A DNA stretch of 46,190 nucleotides, taken from positions 1 to 46,190 of the forward strand of contig KZ538820.1 of the NCBI GenBank assembly GCA_000934665.2. Reading direction: 5' to 3'. This DNA is from Catajapyx aquilonaris. Taxonomy: Eukaryota. Position 1 is the first letter of the stretch; the number at the start of each line of letters is the position of its first letter. Made by a program: the position numbers and the translations under genes. Under the pieces are notes generated by a model. It was not told where the DNA came from, did not search any database, and saw only the letters and a list, made by a program, of their open reading frames with translations. Below, in pieces: positions 1-14,600 of this stretch.

Positions 1-574
1 TTCCATCCCCTCGCCTGCAGAAGTAGCTGATCCAAAGGAACCTCAATCACAAGTTATTAGCAAAGTATATAGACCTATAAATATGATGTAGCCTATATTG
101 TACCTATACACTCTTCTCGCCACTACTTCCTGCAGTGATTCGTGAATAATAATAAATAACTGACCACTAATCATATCCCGACGGATCATAAAGTTACAGT
201 TCAAATGAAACCTATATACAGAGTTATGGTGCAGGATGCCACTAACTTTGGCCTAATGTTGTTTCCATGCATGTCATATTAGACAGTCACACTCTCATGG
301 CCTATATGCGCAACTTCTCAACCAGTACTATATATACAAGCCGCATTTCTTTGTTGTTGAACCGTGACAAGATATTCTCTTGGACCAGCAATGCTAATGC
401 GTCACTCTTGTCCAGTAGGTGCTGCGGATTCCACATCCACACTCATTCGGCAAGAGTTCATAACGAATCTGCAGTGAGCCTGTCGCATTTCAGACACATT
501 TTATCCAATATATTGCTGGAAGTATAGTCAAGGTCTACAGGAACTTTATTTCAATCCTGCCCTCCTTGCCCTAT

Positions 575-670
575 AGCCGGTCTCACACAATAATGTTCTG
601 ATTCTTATCATGTCCTAATGCATTCAGTGCTACAATATATTGTTATTGTTACTTGCTTTGCAGTGACGAC
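575..670 (+). repeat. Duplicated module A (copy at about 11575-11670)
   Basis: Shared GCCGGTCTCAC...ACAATAATGTTCTGATTCTTATCAT...GTTACTTGC.TTGCAGTG. Confidence 0.85.
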
Positions 671-3600
671 AATGGTCGCGTCCACGTCGCGTCTTTCTTA
701 TATACCATTGGAATAAGTATAGTATCGCCACCGGTATTACCACTGAATTCCTCCTGCCCCGTCAATTTGTTCGTGATTTACAACACTAATTTGCACTCGA
801 TAATGACAACATTCCAGCAGAGTACTTACACATGACCGGATAAGCTGCTTTACATTTTTTTTCAAGCTATCATCGTCACCATCATCATATAGAAGCTGCT
901 CTATTTGACCACACCTGGGGATACTGGCCAGTGCAGTGGAACGGGGCGCAAAAAACGACACAAAAAGGAAGGGTGTTGGTGTCATTTTCGTCCCACTGCT
1001 AGTTACTGCTTACTGAGCAGTACCATTGCCAACACTGGTACTGCTAAGTTAGCAGTAACTATCAGTGAGACGAAAATTCCACCCCGAGATTACAATTTCG
1101 GGCGTTTGCGACAATTAAAAGGACCCTGACACTCTCGGAATGCCAAGTGGAATACCCTACATTAATGGTTCCAGAAGACGAAGGACTCCCAGCATAATTA
1201 TGAGAACTATGAGGGGTGAAGGGCCATGAGAGAAGATTCTCTATGCAGAAAGTCAAGTTTGACGATCGATGACGACACTAGTTAGGTCAAGGACACCCAC
1301 GCACAATAATAAAGGCAGTGTCAAGTCCCAGGTAGTGTACAAGGAAGCTATACTTCGATGACGATAACAAAATAATGAAGGGAAAAAACACATTCCTCCT
1401 CTGTTTGGTTTCATATATGGATTGGAATTTTTGAAGCCGTCCAAAATATATTAGTTATAGAGGGACCCTCTCTGTCAGTAAATGCAAACCAGTGTTTTAT
1501 ACATCGTATTCCGATTGAAATTAGTGGTCATCCATTATGGATCCGATTATTATCGAGTGTATGTGCCAACAAAAACGTAGCATGAGTACTGAAGTGGACA
1601 TATAACCAGGAACAAGTACCACGGCTGCAGCCCAAAAGCATCAAAATGCTTTGCTTGACAGTAAGGAAAATATGAGAGGCGCACTGAAACCCAATGTATG
1701 CAGTGTAATTTCAAAAAATTACACCTCATTGCAATGAAGAGACCCTCCCTCCGAGGAGCAGAGATCATTATTTCTACAACCGTCATGAAAAGCATGATGA
1801 TGGCGATCAAAAATCAAGCCGTACACGCACTTACTATGTGTCCAATTGACAATAATTTCTGGCTACCGCAAATAATTGTAAGAATAATTACAATAAATTA
1901 TTGTACTCGTGTATAGCCTGCACGTATACAAAACAGCATCATAATTATACAAGTACATAATATGGGCAAGTCCTGAAGTGTTGCAATGGCGAACCTTTCT
2001 CTGACATCTCACATCTCAACTTCTACAGTATAAGGTGCGACTGTGAGCTTTTAACAAAAGCGGAGACTGTTATGATCACATTATCCTTGCTGATGAGCAT
2101 CAGGAGGGAACCTACTTTGCATCATGTGCATATACTGTAACATACAGCATTATGCACATTATACCATCGCAGAGGTGTATACATAGACTGACGCAGCAGA
2201 GGCGAAAGATTTTGTCGCTTTTGAATGTGCTGCGATGAAATGTCACACTAACATAGTAGGAAGCACGACTCAACAATCCAGCTATTTATGACATAATTCG
2301 TGAAATAAATTAACACCCCCTCACTCCGACTCACCCATAACAAAATTACCTGTATTACTCACCCTTAGTTCGCCTCGGCAACAGCAATACAAAGTTTCCA
2401 CTTTTATTGCGCAGGAATGCCCGGTTGCCTAATATATGCGAGCCAAATAAGAAATAATCTGGACCCAAGCAATGTATAGGCCTAATGTCGAGGTCGATAT
2501 GGTGGAAAACTATTGATGGTCTAATGCTCCAATCAGAGGAAAATCCATCCATGTCTCTGGGCCAATAATTTGAGTATTATTATACGGAGTAGCCTGTACA
2601 GAATCCGTCAGTATAGCAATAAATATTGAAACTGCCACTATAGAAATGCAATACGCGCGGTTCTTCTGATCTGTTGCAAACCGACCAAATAAAATAAATA
2701 AAGCCATTCGGATCAGATCAATAGGCCGCGGTTGAGCAGAGAGAAACTAACTGTGTTACAGAGAACGCGTTGGAACCTTCGAGCATCATCAGTGCGAAAC
2801 ATGTCAAGTATAGGTACGATCTGACGCATCGGAACTAACTGAACTCCATATTACAGTCGTGATGACTCTACAACACTTTCGTCCTTCTTATAGTTTTCAA
2901 TGCAGAGTGAAACCTCTCTCGGTTCACTCTCATTGTATAATGTTTCATTTCACTGCATTATTACTGCGATATAATATTGGCACACAGGCCGCGAAGAATT
3001 CAGTCGGATTCACTGAACGCCAATGTCAGGAAAATATTATAGTCAGGGTGTGGTTGAATGTATATAACACTGCCTGCTTATCGAGCGTTGGTTTACTACT
3101 ATTACTTATGTAACGTATCGATTATCCCGCATTTTGTAGGTAATAATTGATTATATTATAATTATGAAACCTATATATTTACTGCCCCCTGGTGAAAGTA
3201 ATCGTGGGGATCTATGCAATATAAGAAGGGGCTCCACTGAATGTGGAAAAAAACGTACTGTACATAACTGCCTCCCAAAAGAGTATAGGCAACTATCTCG
3301 TTAAAATTAGAAACTATTGCCATTTGACCAATGTGGCTATGATTGCAGGCACAAGTGCGAGAGTGCGACTCTTCTGCATTCATAACTGAAGACATTCGAG
3401 AGCACAGCTAAATTGAGGAAAGGTGTTGCCTTTACCATCGACATAAATCTATAGAACTGAAGCTGATGCAGTGCTATGATGAGAGACAAGCTGCAGCCGG
3501 ATGGAAGGCAGTGCCTTGCAGGTAATGAGAGTCATTTGGTCAGTTGACGGACAGAACTTGAACCATGCCCCTCGGCTGCAGAAGCGCTGATCCAAATAAG

Positions 3601-3949
3601 GAACCGCAATCACAAGTTTATACAAGTATCAGTATCGGTACTTTACACGGCAACTGAATGATGTCGATATATGTATATAACATGATGTCCGCTCACCCGC
3701 CGCTCTCCATCAACCATCAACTACATAACTTATCTGCTTCTGAAATTATGTGTGTGTGTATGGCTCACGTGGAACATAATAATAAACACAATTACTCGTG
3801 ACGTGCCACAACCTGCTCAAAGCAATAAACTGTGCATCCTATATTTGCTGTCCTCACTTTTCTCGGATAATAATCAGCAGCAGAGTGGGTCACAATCATG
3901 CCAGTGTTATTCGGCCACAGAAATGCAACCGCACATAATTATCTCAACT

Positions 3950-4003
<54 letters not shown>

Positions 4004-4012
4004 TTCATCATC

Positions 4013-4062
<50 letters not shown>
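3950..4062. repeat. (ATC)n microsatellite
   Basis: Long CAT/ATC run with two CTT interruptions. Confidence 0.97.
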
Positions 4063-4122
4063 TACTAGGCGCAAGTCTGGACCCTTGACCCACAGCAGTT
4101 TAATATAGGAACATCCCAACTA

Positions 4123-4232
4123 GACAGACCATGGAACAGACTTGACGACCACACAACACACATCAGACTACTTCACGCACATGAAGGGCGTGGCACACAA
4201 ACGTGTTTGTCCTCATGAGGTGTGCAGTTATA
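4123..4232 (+). repeat. Duplicated module J (copy at about 6886-7005)
   Basis: Shared CAGACCATGGAACAGA.TTGACGACCACACAA...CGCACATGAAGG...ACGTGTTTGTCCT...GGTGTGCAGTTAT. Confidence 0.85.
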
Positions 4233-5297
4233 TACTGATGAGTCAATACGGAGATACTGATATGCAGTATAGAGAGGTGCAAATGCCGACACAGCTATAC
4301 ACACCCTCAGTGGTGAGTTTCCCCAAAATATGACTCTAAGGACCGGCGCAAACCAGGAAATGTGGAAGGCACACCAGGCAACTTGCTCGCATAATGCAAG
4401 TAATATGTTTCCTTATACAGGAGACCCAGTCCTGCTGCGAAGATGATCTTTTGAAAGACGCCCGCCAAGGCCCGTCAACTTGCTTTAGAAAAGGAAGACT
4501 ACGACTTTCTCAGCCAGCTATACATTCATGAAACAGATGGGTCAGTAGCGTCACGGAGAGTTTCCGGGATGTTTCACACTTTGAGTGGGGTGGCCCACAC
4601 AACCTCGGTAAAGGGCCAGATCAAACAAACACCTCTAAATTACGCAGGAGGTGATACCCTGAAGCTTAGTCCTATAATCATTGTCAGAGACGTTGCATGA
4701 TGTGCAACAAGGAACAGACTCAACCAGTTGCACTGAAACAAGACGTGACTGACAAGATTATGATGCGGAAGAATGATGCCCATTATATTCCCTCTTCTCT
4801 GGGCTGATTTTTAGTATCATACGCTACTGTTTAGTAGTTGTGCTGTACCTGTACCGTACCAGCCACCTCGCCAAGAATTCTACAAAATAATGTAGACTGT
4901 ATATGAGCAGGTTTTGACTGTAACTCTGTAAGTATATAAGAACCGGTTGTGTGAACACAGTCATATCTCCAAAATGTTTAATCACGAATTGATGCACAAA
5001 AAACCCATAATTATCGTCTGTAACTACTTGGAAAACTACAAAGGTTTTCCTGGATCAACTACCAATCGAATCATCATATCACAACAGTATAATTTGCAGG
5101 AGTATAATAGTAATATGTAACTCCAGCTTTAAAAATCCCACCATCAATCGGGAAAGTAATGTGAAGCATCCTGTCTGTTCACTGACGAAGGAATATGGAT
5201 TACTGCGAATGAACGACCACGTCTGGACTGCGTCTTGAGGAAGCCGAGATGCACTTCAGCGAAGTTCAGGAAATGTATAACCAAGTAGTGGTCTATT

Positions 5298-5338
<41 letters not shown>
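5298..5338. repeat. (ATC)n microsatellite
   Basis: Direct reading. Confidence 0.95.
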
Positions 5339-5460
5339 TGGGGAAAACCCGGCTTGAATTGGTTGCTCCAGCAATTGGCAGTTAAGCAACACCTGCATTG
5401 GAAGCAACAGCATCGGGCTAACTGCAATCGCATAGTAGGCTATACACATGTTATCTATTA

Positions 5461-5595
5461 CAGGATGATTCTCCCGAAACCGAACCCAAACATACCAGGT
5501 AAGTATACTGTACATGTCAATTTTCATTGAGAACCCTACAATAATTAAAACGTTATTGAGAAATGTTTGGGTTCGGTTTCGGGAGAAACACCCTG
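5461..5595. mobile_element. 135-bp Tc1/mariner-type MITE
   Basis: 33-bp TIRs CAGG(A/G)TG(A/T)TTCTCCCGAAACCGAACCCAAACAT with 2 mismatches, TA on both sides (5459-5460, 5596-5597); paralogous empty site near 8720. Confidence 0.88.
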
Positions 5596-5679
5596 TACTT
5601 CTCGTGCTACTGCTGGATTAGGCGTGTGAAAGAATACCACAGACTAATGATGCAGGCACTTCAATTAATATAGCGAAGT

Positions 5680-6075
5680 CACTAATGGTTACGTACATGA
5701 AAATTGGTTAAGTTATGTTCGTCCAAAGACAACTATATACTGGCTACAGTCATCATTCCCTGGTTAGATTTCACATGGCTACACATGCCATGCAGGGTCA
5801 GAACAATGACGAGGTATGACGACGTAGTCGCAAAATATATAAAATGATCATGTCTAAGCAAGTGGAGCGAATCAGCTTCGACCATAATAACTAGAAGCCA
5901 GACTTCAGATGAATCCAAAGCTACGACATTTAAAGTTACAAAGCTACATGGTGCTGGCCAGTCTTCCAATCGTTGTCCTACAATCAGCATTGTTACGGCC
6001 AGATAATATAGGAACGACAAAACGACTACTCCCTGTAAATACTAGTGAATAAAGTGTCTGCTTGCATTAAGAAAT
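5680..6075 (+). repeat. Three-copy module D (copies at about 8965-9355 and 12678-12935)
   Basis: Shared TTATGTTCGTCCAA..ACAACT, TTCACATGGC.ACA, TGACGACG.AGTC.CAAAA.AT.TAAA, CTACGAC.TTT, CATGGTGC.GG. Confidence 0.88.
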
Positions 6076-8021
6076 ATTATCTTCTGCAACGTCTGTTCCA
6101 ACACTCTCATGGTGTTAACATGGAGAGGTTGCATGAAGACCGTCTCTCTATACAACACACTTGATCCAATGAGCAGAGGTCCGGGCCACAGCAACTAACT
6201 TGTAAGTGTAACAATATTATTGTGTAATATCGCATTATTGATTAACCCAACACATTACTGTACTGGCAAAATGTGCCCTCCAGGGCTTCACTGTTATGCA
6301 TAATGTTCTAATTAGTTTCATATCGAAATAATATATAGTTCCAGTGTCAACACCAGTCATCTTCACGTAGACGCAATTTCATGCATCTGCAGTAGATTAA
6401 TAATAATGGGGTACCGCAGTGGTGTTAACTATATGACTCACAACTGTATACATAGCTATAGGGAAGAAAGATGCAAGGTCCCATCCGAGGAGAACTTCGT
6501 TAGAGGACAATGTATATAGCTTGTTGACAAAGGCTATTTTGATCATACATCCTGGCTAATGAGCATCAGCCAGGGGTAATTAATGTTTCACCCTGGTCTG
6601 GTTTAGTCTGGTTTCTATCTGTTTCACTATCCCGACCCAAAAGCCTGCTGGAATGAAGGCCACCCAAAGCCACACCGACAGGGAATCCTACACGCTATAC
6701 AGTAGAAGAGGGCCCAGGCCGACTGAGAGCCATGATGTCACCCAGGTCCAGGTGGGTTGGAAGAACCTCAAGGATGTAATCTGGAAGAGACGAAGCGGGA
6801 CTTTGGCTGCATGGTTCTTCCCTGTATATAGTAGGCCCAGGTCTGGACTCTCAACCTACACCATCAAGCATCACTACAAACCAGGCAGACCATGGAACAG
6901 ATTTGACGACCACACAATCATACACACCACATACCATACTAATACTCCACGCACATGAAGGACTTGGTACGTACACGTGTTTGTCCTATTGTGGTGTGCA
7001 GTATTACTCAGATTACAGAATTTTACAGAGATACAGATAGACACGTGTAAATAAAGACACCATAATTATTATACACCCTCGGTACTGTACGTTTTACCAA
7101 ACCATGAATCCAACTGTGGGTATCAATCGACTCTGTCATCCAATATTTCGACGACCTTTCGGACGTGTTCTCGACGTCATTGACGCAGCATCGAAGATAC
7201 CGGATCCAATTGGCTTTTTTATACACAAAAAAACAATCGGATTAATAATTAATAATATTATTATTGTTTTATATCTTGTATATTGATAATATTATGTGTG
7301 TTCCTCTTGTTCTTTATTATGTATTAATAAGTATGCATTATGTGTATAACAGACATCTTAGAATCTACACAGACACACATGTGGGGATTTTTATCGTCCA
7401 GTCCGCCATGCCCAGCAGTGCTGGTGGAGAGACTGAGGCCACATAATAGGACGTCTATAGGGCCGATGTTCGGGCCTACATAGAGGACCATCACCTCGAG
7501 GCATTGAACCCAACGCAAGCTCAACACTATATAGTCTGGGTTCAGCCCTCTACAGGGAGCTGGACAGAGGGCACCTCTATACCAAACCAAAGCAGGAACA
7601 TTTAAGTTCAATAAAAGTATGCCATTTATTGTGGCGGAATTATTTCATTTGTTAGCGTAAAATAATGAATGACATTGCTGATTGAGTCCAATTTTGGAAG
7701 CTCTATTTACGCAACACCAGTCAAGGAAGTGCGTTTTCGCCCCGTATAAATAACTCAAAGTCTTATTTCGCCTTCTCGTATATTGTGCATGAATCAATGG
7801 TTTCAATATTCAAGTGCGGCGTACATATTCAAGCGAGAGACTACTCTCATTTTCCCCCCAGATTGTGATGGGCCGGATTATGTCGTCCGGAACAATAACC
7901 AAACATCCCGGGCAAATTAGTGGGACGAAGCCCTGTGGGGGCAGAAGGGAAACCACATCAGTTTCGGCCAAGACACCATGACGGTAATGTAGAGGGACTT
8001 GGTATTTATTACGTATTACGT

Positions 8022-8061
8022 ATTATTATTATTATTATTATTATCATTATTATTATTATTA
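8022..8061. repeat. (TAT)n microsatellite
   Basis: Direct reading. Confidence 0.95.
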
Positions 8062-8484
8062 CACGATGATGCAATATACATTGACAAGTGGCTGCCAACC
8101 ACAACTGAGCAGGCTGACACACCGTTTCAGGTCGTCGGTCCCGATGAGGTCGCATCACGACAGCACGTCAACCCACCAACTCAGGTCACCGAGCGCCGCG
8201 CCGCAGTCAGGGCTCATCAATGTGTACCAACCGTCCAGTACATGGAATACGTCTTGATGGCACTGAAGTCGAAGGGCCTCAGTCCGAAGGACCGAAGGAA
8301 CACCGTAACGAGCATATGATGGCCAAGAAACAACTTACCACCGGCATATGATGTAGTGCAGCTCGTCGAGCGGCATAGCAATCACCTGACCATATATCAT
8401 GCCGGCCTCGTGTATACCAGTATAGGAAGAGGTTCCTCCTGACCTCCCTCGGGGGGAAAAAATGCCGCTACACCCCTAATAGAT

Positions 8485-8695
8485 CTCGTATACTATAACA
8501 TTATTTTGGCAACATCCATTGCATTTGTGTGACGGAAGCGCATGATGGTGAAATTTTACATTTTATTGCATATTTGCCGAGAACATTTATACTTAATGTT
8601 TGAAGGTAATTATATCTTAGTGACTAGGCCTCCGAAACCAATAACGACACCCCACTACAACTAGGAAGATGCACTACCACACGATGCCAGGCATA
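8485..8695 (+). repeat. Duplicated module E (copy at about 13835-14065)
   Basis: Shared CATTTGTGTGACG.AAG, TGCCGAGAA, GTTTGAAGGTAATT, GGCCTCC.AAACCAA.AACGACAC, ACGATGCCAGG. Confidence 0.85.
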
Positions 8696-9389
8696 CTGCA
8701 ATCGCATACACGTATCTATTACTCTTCTTGCGCTTCTGGATTATAGGCATAAAGACAGCTCATTATACTAATGATGCAAGCTCACTGTACACCGTGGGGA
8801 GAGCGAATAGAACATGGAGAAAATAATTATCATTACTTCTACAATTGCCATGCAAGCATTACCACCGAAGACTGGCTCATTGTTGGCGGGCACTCCTCTC
8901 TCTGTTTATCTCTGGTGAATTATGACGTACACCGGTAATTGATTAAGCATGCCATGTAAAGGTCATTAGTGGTTACACGAAAATGGGTTACATAAATTAT
9001 GTTCGTCCAAGGACAACTCGCTACATTCCCAGAAAGACTTCACATGGCGACACATATACCGTGCAGGATCGAAACCGTAATGATCTGTCAATAACAGGTG
9101 TGACGACGCAGTCACAAAAGATATAAAATGATCGTGTCTAAGCAGGTGGAGCGAACCATGTTGGACCATAACTAGTATTATCAGGCTCCATCAGATGATG
9201 AATCCCAGGCTACGACATTTTAAAGTTCCACATGGTGCGGGAGAGTCATCCTTCTCATCGTTGTCCGACAATCAACCATTGTTACGGCCAGATATCTACG
9301 AACGACAAAATGACTCAACTCCCTGTAATGACTTAAGTGTCTGCATTAAGAAATACAGCGAAAAAACAACGTGTATTTGTTTCACAAGA

Positions 9390-9665
9390 ATAAGAGGGCC
9401 GATGGAAGTACGTACCTCGCATGGATCTCTCTGTGTGAATGTATATAGGGGAACTGGAATTATTAATCTACATTTTGAGCCGAGAGAGAGAGAGAGAGAG
9501 GACCTTCAGGCAGTCCAAACAACTATATAACCAGAGGTCATCTGATGGTCGGACGTGGCTGAAAAACCAGCACGACGCCCGTTGCCAATATCGAAAAGAA
9601 CGAGCAGATCTTACCGATTATCTAAAAACCTATCAAAAAAATATACTCATTTGCATCAGACTATT
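9390..9665 (+). repeat. Duplicated module F with (GA)n (copy at about 14125-14420)
   Basis: Shared GCATGGATCTCTCTGTGTGAATGTATA, (GA)nGGACCTTCAGGCAGTCCAAACAACTA, AACGAGCAGATCTTACCGATTATCT. Confidence 0.9.
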
Positions 9666-10125
9666 ATACAGTACTTGTTCTGAAGCAAGTGCTCCGCCAA
9701 ATAATGCCCTCTGGGTCTTATAAAACAACACACTGTCACGAGTAAGTATCATTGTATTCCTCAGTTACGACTGGAATATTTTTTGAACTTGCAGTGCCGA
9801 AGACAAAGAGAAAAAAGAGAGACCATATAGACTATACTGAATCAGAGGTGAGTCCGGCCATCAGTGGGGAGAGTTACCCGTTCACAGCTCTATAATGGCC
9901 CCCTCCGACCATACTTTATTCAAGCAGCAGCATCGTAGGGTTCAGCCGAGTATATAGTATATGAGAGTGTATACTCATTCAGAGTGCACCGAGCCCACGT
10001 TACGACCACGGGAGGGTGTCATGCCAGCATAAGGACTTTAGCACAGAGGCATTTGAAGGATCAAAGTCGCTTCTCAACCAGGAATATTGTTTGTGCAATG
10101 GTCAGGACAACATGCCTATAGATAC

Positions 10126-10181
10126 ATTATCATTATCATTATCATTATCATTATCATTATCATTATCATTATCATTATCAT
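10126..10181. repeat. (ATTATC)n hexanucleotide microsatellite
   Basis: Direct reading. Confidence 0.95.
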
Positions 10182-10549
10182 TGGCAGGGGCTAGTTCAGT
10201 TGTTTCGAGAAACCCCCTGCCGACTAAAAGATAATATATTACAGTGCTCATCTCTATACTTTTTTAAAACCCCATCGGGAAGAGCATTTTTAGATGTTGC
10301 GAGTATTATTATTATATACGAGAGGACTCCAGTCCCCCTCGCAGAAAAGCTTAGCAGCATCATATCATATCCATATTAGGACGCCGGTTGATGGTGGTGG
10401 TTGTCAGCAAATAACCGTGGTTATATACTATTCCAACAGGTCCAACATACAGTTATTCTATTCCTCCCTTCGACAAGGGTGGAAGACAGAGCAACTTGCA
10501 ACTTCGGAATTAACCCGCAACATGGATTAAACTATGCGTCTCTTATTAA

Positions 10550-10905
10550 AAGTTTCACGCCTATACTCATATGTGGATGATAGAGGGATTGCCGCTATGC
10601 ATGCACCAAAGAGGTGTTGATACTGTGTCGAAGGCATTGAAAATCCAACAATAAACTTGGAAGAACTACCATGTACCTGAGAGATCTCCATTATCATATG
10701 CGGACACAAACAGGGCTTAAAGGAGTCCCAATATAATACCAGAGATGGCTGGCATTTCCACGACTGATGCCAAACACACCAAAGTTGTTGGAATATTGTC
10801 CTATATGCAAGTGAGGTTGCGCTGTCCCTCTATAGTTGGGGTTGATTGGTCACCAGGAAAAATATTTATTCAAACTGGAATATATGCTAGTATTTCCTAC
10901 CTATA
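10550..10905 (+). repeat. Duplicated modules G/H (copies at about 15495-15800 and 16518-16740)
   Basis: Shared ATGCATGCACCAAAGAGGTGTTGATAC.GTGTCGAAGGCATT, GAGATGGCTGGCATTTC, AGTTGGGGTTG.TTGGT.AC.AGGAAA. Confidence 0.85.
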
Positions 10906-11733
10906 GTTTGCATATTATTTTTGCATGATTACCAGAGGTCACTAGAGAATTCTCATCGGGGTCATCTGCTGAAATTGGTCATGGCTGGCTACCCCGTCAT
11001 GGAATTATTCCATGAAAATGAATGGATTTCAACTCACTCCTGAGTGAGCAAAACAAAAAATTCAGCACAGACATCGACTCCTATACCATAAAAGCATCAC
11101 ATCGCGCTTTGGAACTGAGAAGTGCCCATAAAACACAGCAATATTATTGATGGGCTTGTAGTTTTTTTTAAAAACACACTCCAGTTGGATATAGCTTTAA
11201 AATGATTGATACAACAATAACTGACTCCCTCCCTTGCAGCAAGTATAAGGAAGCAAGCAAGGAAGAGGGCCAACACACACACTTATTAGGACCCTTCAAG
11301 AGAAGCATACACGATTGAACGAGCAGATAAAGACCTCCTTCCTTAGTGTGCAATCGACACTCGACACTATGTAGATCCTCTTCTTCCAATCTCGGAGGAG
11401 AAGGGGGACCTATAATATCGTCTAACAGATCATGACAAGCCGCGACCATATCAGAGACGAATTCTCACTCATGCTGCACCATCAGGAAAGTCCTCTCCAA
11501 CATCTGCAGGAAGACGCAACCTCTTATTTGGATCCTCCTCCTCCTCCTCCTCCTCCTCCTGCCCACACAATCATGCCGGTCTCACTGACACAATAATGTT
11601 CTGATTCTTATCATTATCCTAATGCCATCGCATTTGTTAGCATTGTTAGTGTTACTTGCCTTGCAGTGGCTCGATAGAATCACAGCGAGTTCTTTCACTT
11701 GACCGGACAAGCTGTCTCACATTTTGCAACCCC

Positions 11734-11734
<1 letters not shown>

Positions 11735-11805
<71 letters not shown>
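11735..11805. repeat. (TTA)n microsatellite
   Basis: Direct reading. Confidence 0.97.
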
Positions 11806-12158
11806 GGCAGCACTTGGCGTCTAGAGAAGAAGGCAGAATAATTATTCTTGAACGAGTAAAAAAGCTTTGGTTTCCGCTCGTGTTTCCGTCATCGAGACCC
11901 ACAGAGATCGGACGCCTTCACTTGACCGCGGAGAAATACTCACTATAAATATACATAGAAAACATACATCCAATAAAATATGATTGCTGCCGGCGATGAT
12001 GACGCAGCCAATGACGACTGATCACATACGCTGTGTTCCAATAAATATCCTGGTTTAGTGATTGCAAATTTGGGCCATTGTTATTTTTGTGTGCCCCGAT
12101 CGAAGCCTCAATATTTGACCCCATCGTGAAATACTGGCCAGTGGATTGGGGGGGGGGG

Positions 12159-12175
12159 NNNNNNNNNNNNNNNNN
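12159..12175. other. Assembly gap within a poly-G tract
   Basis: Run of N. Confidence 0.99.
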
Positions 12176-14459
12176 GGGGGGGGGGGGAGGGCGAAACTAC
12201 ACAAAAATAACAATTCCGGGCGAAATTTACGGTAACTAAAAAGACTCATACACTTATATTATGGATCACCTTGCAATACATTCCAGCAGACCGCAGACGA
12301 AGGTCACCCAGCAGACGAGAATGAGGTATGAAGAGCCACGAGAGCAAATTCACAGCGCACAAGAACTATATATATTCTGAAGACACTATTAGACGAAACC
12401 CAAGCACTAGTAAAGGAAGAGGGACACAGGAGGAGGAGACGTTATTGTCACTATTTCTACAACCGTCATGCAAGCATCATTACGACGACCAAATACGAGC
12501 TCGTCATTGTTGGTGGGCTTTCTTCTGTCTCTGTCTCTGTCTCTGTCTCTACCTCGATGCCCTCTGATTAGTTCATGCGAATAGGACAAAGTTAAAAATT
12601 AATAACTTTGTGAACTATGATCAGACACAAGTGAAATTATTCGGAGATATGGCTGTCATTCAATTTATAGAGGTCTTTAGTAATGGTTACTTGAAAATGG
12701 GTTGAATTATGTTCGTCCAAAAACAACTTGCAAAATTCCCCGCAAAATTTCACATGGCTACATATGCGATCGCTACAATGATCTCTCAATAAGAGGTATG
12801 ACGACGCAGTCACAAAAGATGTAAATGTCTGAGCAAAGTGCTGAGAGTTCCATGTTCGTCCACAACAAGAAAGAAGACGAATAAACCCCTACGACCTTTT
12901 CTTAAGTTATACACAAAGCGTCATGGTGCGGGGAAGTGCGACAACCTTGGCTACATATACTTTCGCATTATGTTGTATCACCTCTAACAAACCACATATA
13001 AAGACGTTCTATCTAAACCACAGCGCCACGATGCGTGTGAATGGTGTGATCATATAACGCCCAAAGGGGCCTATGAATAACGTGTCCACTCTGATCCCAT
13101 CGGGGACGTTCAAATGCAACAATGATCTGGACCACGCCACGGTCACCCTTCAGGAGAGAACGACTGATGGGGAAGCAGAGAGTATATGATCTTTATATAC
13201 GGTAGGGTGCTACAAGGCACGTCACTTATACCAGTGCTGTCGTATACGAGAGTAAAAGTCATGCGTCTCGAACAATGTCTGCACCTCAACAAACTGTGCT
13301 TCTCAAGAGTAAGTATATAAGAAGCTATGTACCTAAATCCATATCGGCTGAAATGAGCGCCAGAAGAACGAAATATAAAGGGAAGGAAGAGCCTGTATAC
13401 CCACTGACGTTGACATTTATATATCATCAGGCGGACCAGCCTGATGCAAATACATTATGCCTAGAGAGCGTGTCAAGCCTTGTCTTTTTCCAATCCGCAG
13501 CAGCACAAGTTAGAGGAATACGATATACATGACGTAGAAACACGCAGCAGAATTAAGGAACCCCCGTGCATTATGTCATAGGATGTTGAATACTAACTTT
13601 GTAGGGAAAATCTTCTGGGTGAACGACTCGCAGAGTCATCTTTACATAATTATAGTATCCAACAAAATGCATATTGCATGTAGTGTCCTGGTGGTGTCTC
13701 TGACGACTGGAACATGGGGCACTCCAGTTATACTGTCCATATCGACATTCACAATATATTATCACAGAAAGATGTGCATTACACGGTCTACTATTCCACG
13801 GAAGCATTCACCCCCACCATACGCCGCTACACCTATAATAGACTTATATACTGTAACATCCGATACCATCATTAGCCTACATTTGTGTGACGAAAGATCA
13901 TCATGGTGACGTTCGCATTTTATTGAAAAAAAAGGAGGGACGCGTACCTGCCGAGAAATAATTCTTTTAGACTTCACGTTTGAAGGTAATTTCTGAGTAA
14001 CGAGGCCTCCTAAACCAACAACGACACTACAACATGAAACAATACCATGCCAAACGATGCCAGGGAATGACACATAAGTTTTCCTCAATCATTGCGAATC
14101 GCCACGTACAAGCGCTAATGAGAATGAGAGGGCCGATGGAAGCACCTATTTATAGCATGGATCTCTCTGTGTGAATGTATAGAGAAACTGGAATTAATCT
14201 ACATTTTGAGACGAGAGAGAGAGAGAGAGAGAGAGAGGACCTTCAGGCAGTCCAAACAACTAACCAGCAGGCTCATCTGATGGTCGGACTTGGCTGCAAA
14301 ACCAGCCCGATGCCCATATAATTATAGAGACACCAATATCAAAAAGAACGAGCAGATCTTACCGATTATCTCAAAACTTATCAAAAAAAGGAGACTAATC
14401 TGCATCAGGATGTTACTGTACTTGGGGAATTATTTTGGAGGCATTGCTCCGAGTCAGAA

Positions 14460-14600
<141 letters not shown>

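Noticed and set aside
2355..2707. Two overlapping short minus-strand ORFs, one with a hydrophobic stretch, one ending at a GTGAGT donor-like site
   Set aside because: No recognisable homology or partner exons; cannot be supported without transcript data.
3752..4119. Poly-Ile and poly-Met ORFs (similarly the poly-His, poly-Tyr and poly-Ser ORFs at 5249, 11724, 14290)
   Set aside because: Produced by ATC/ATT microsatellites; no domain or splice support.
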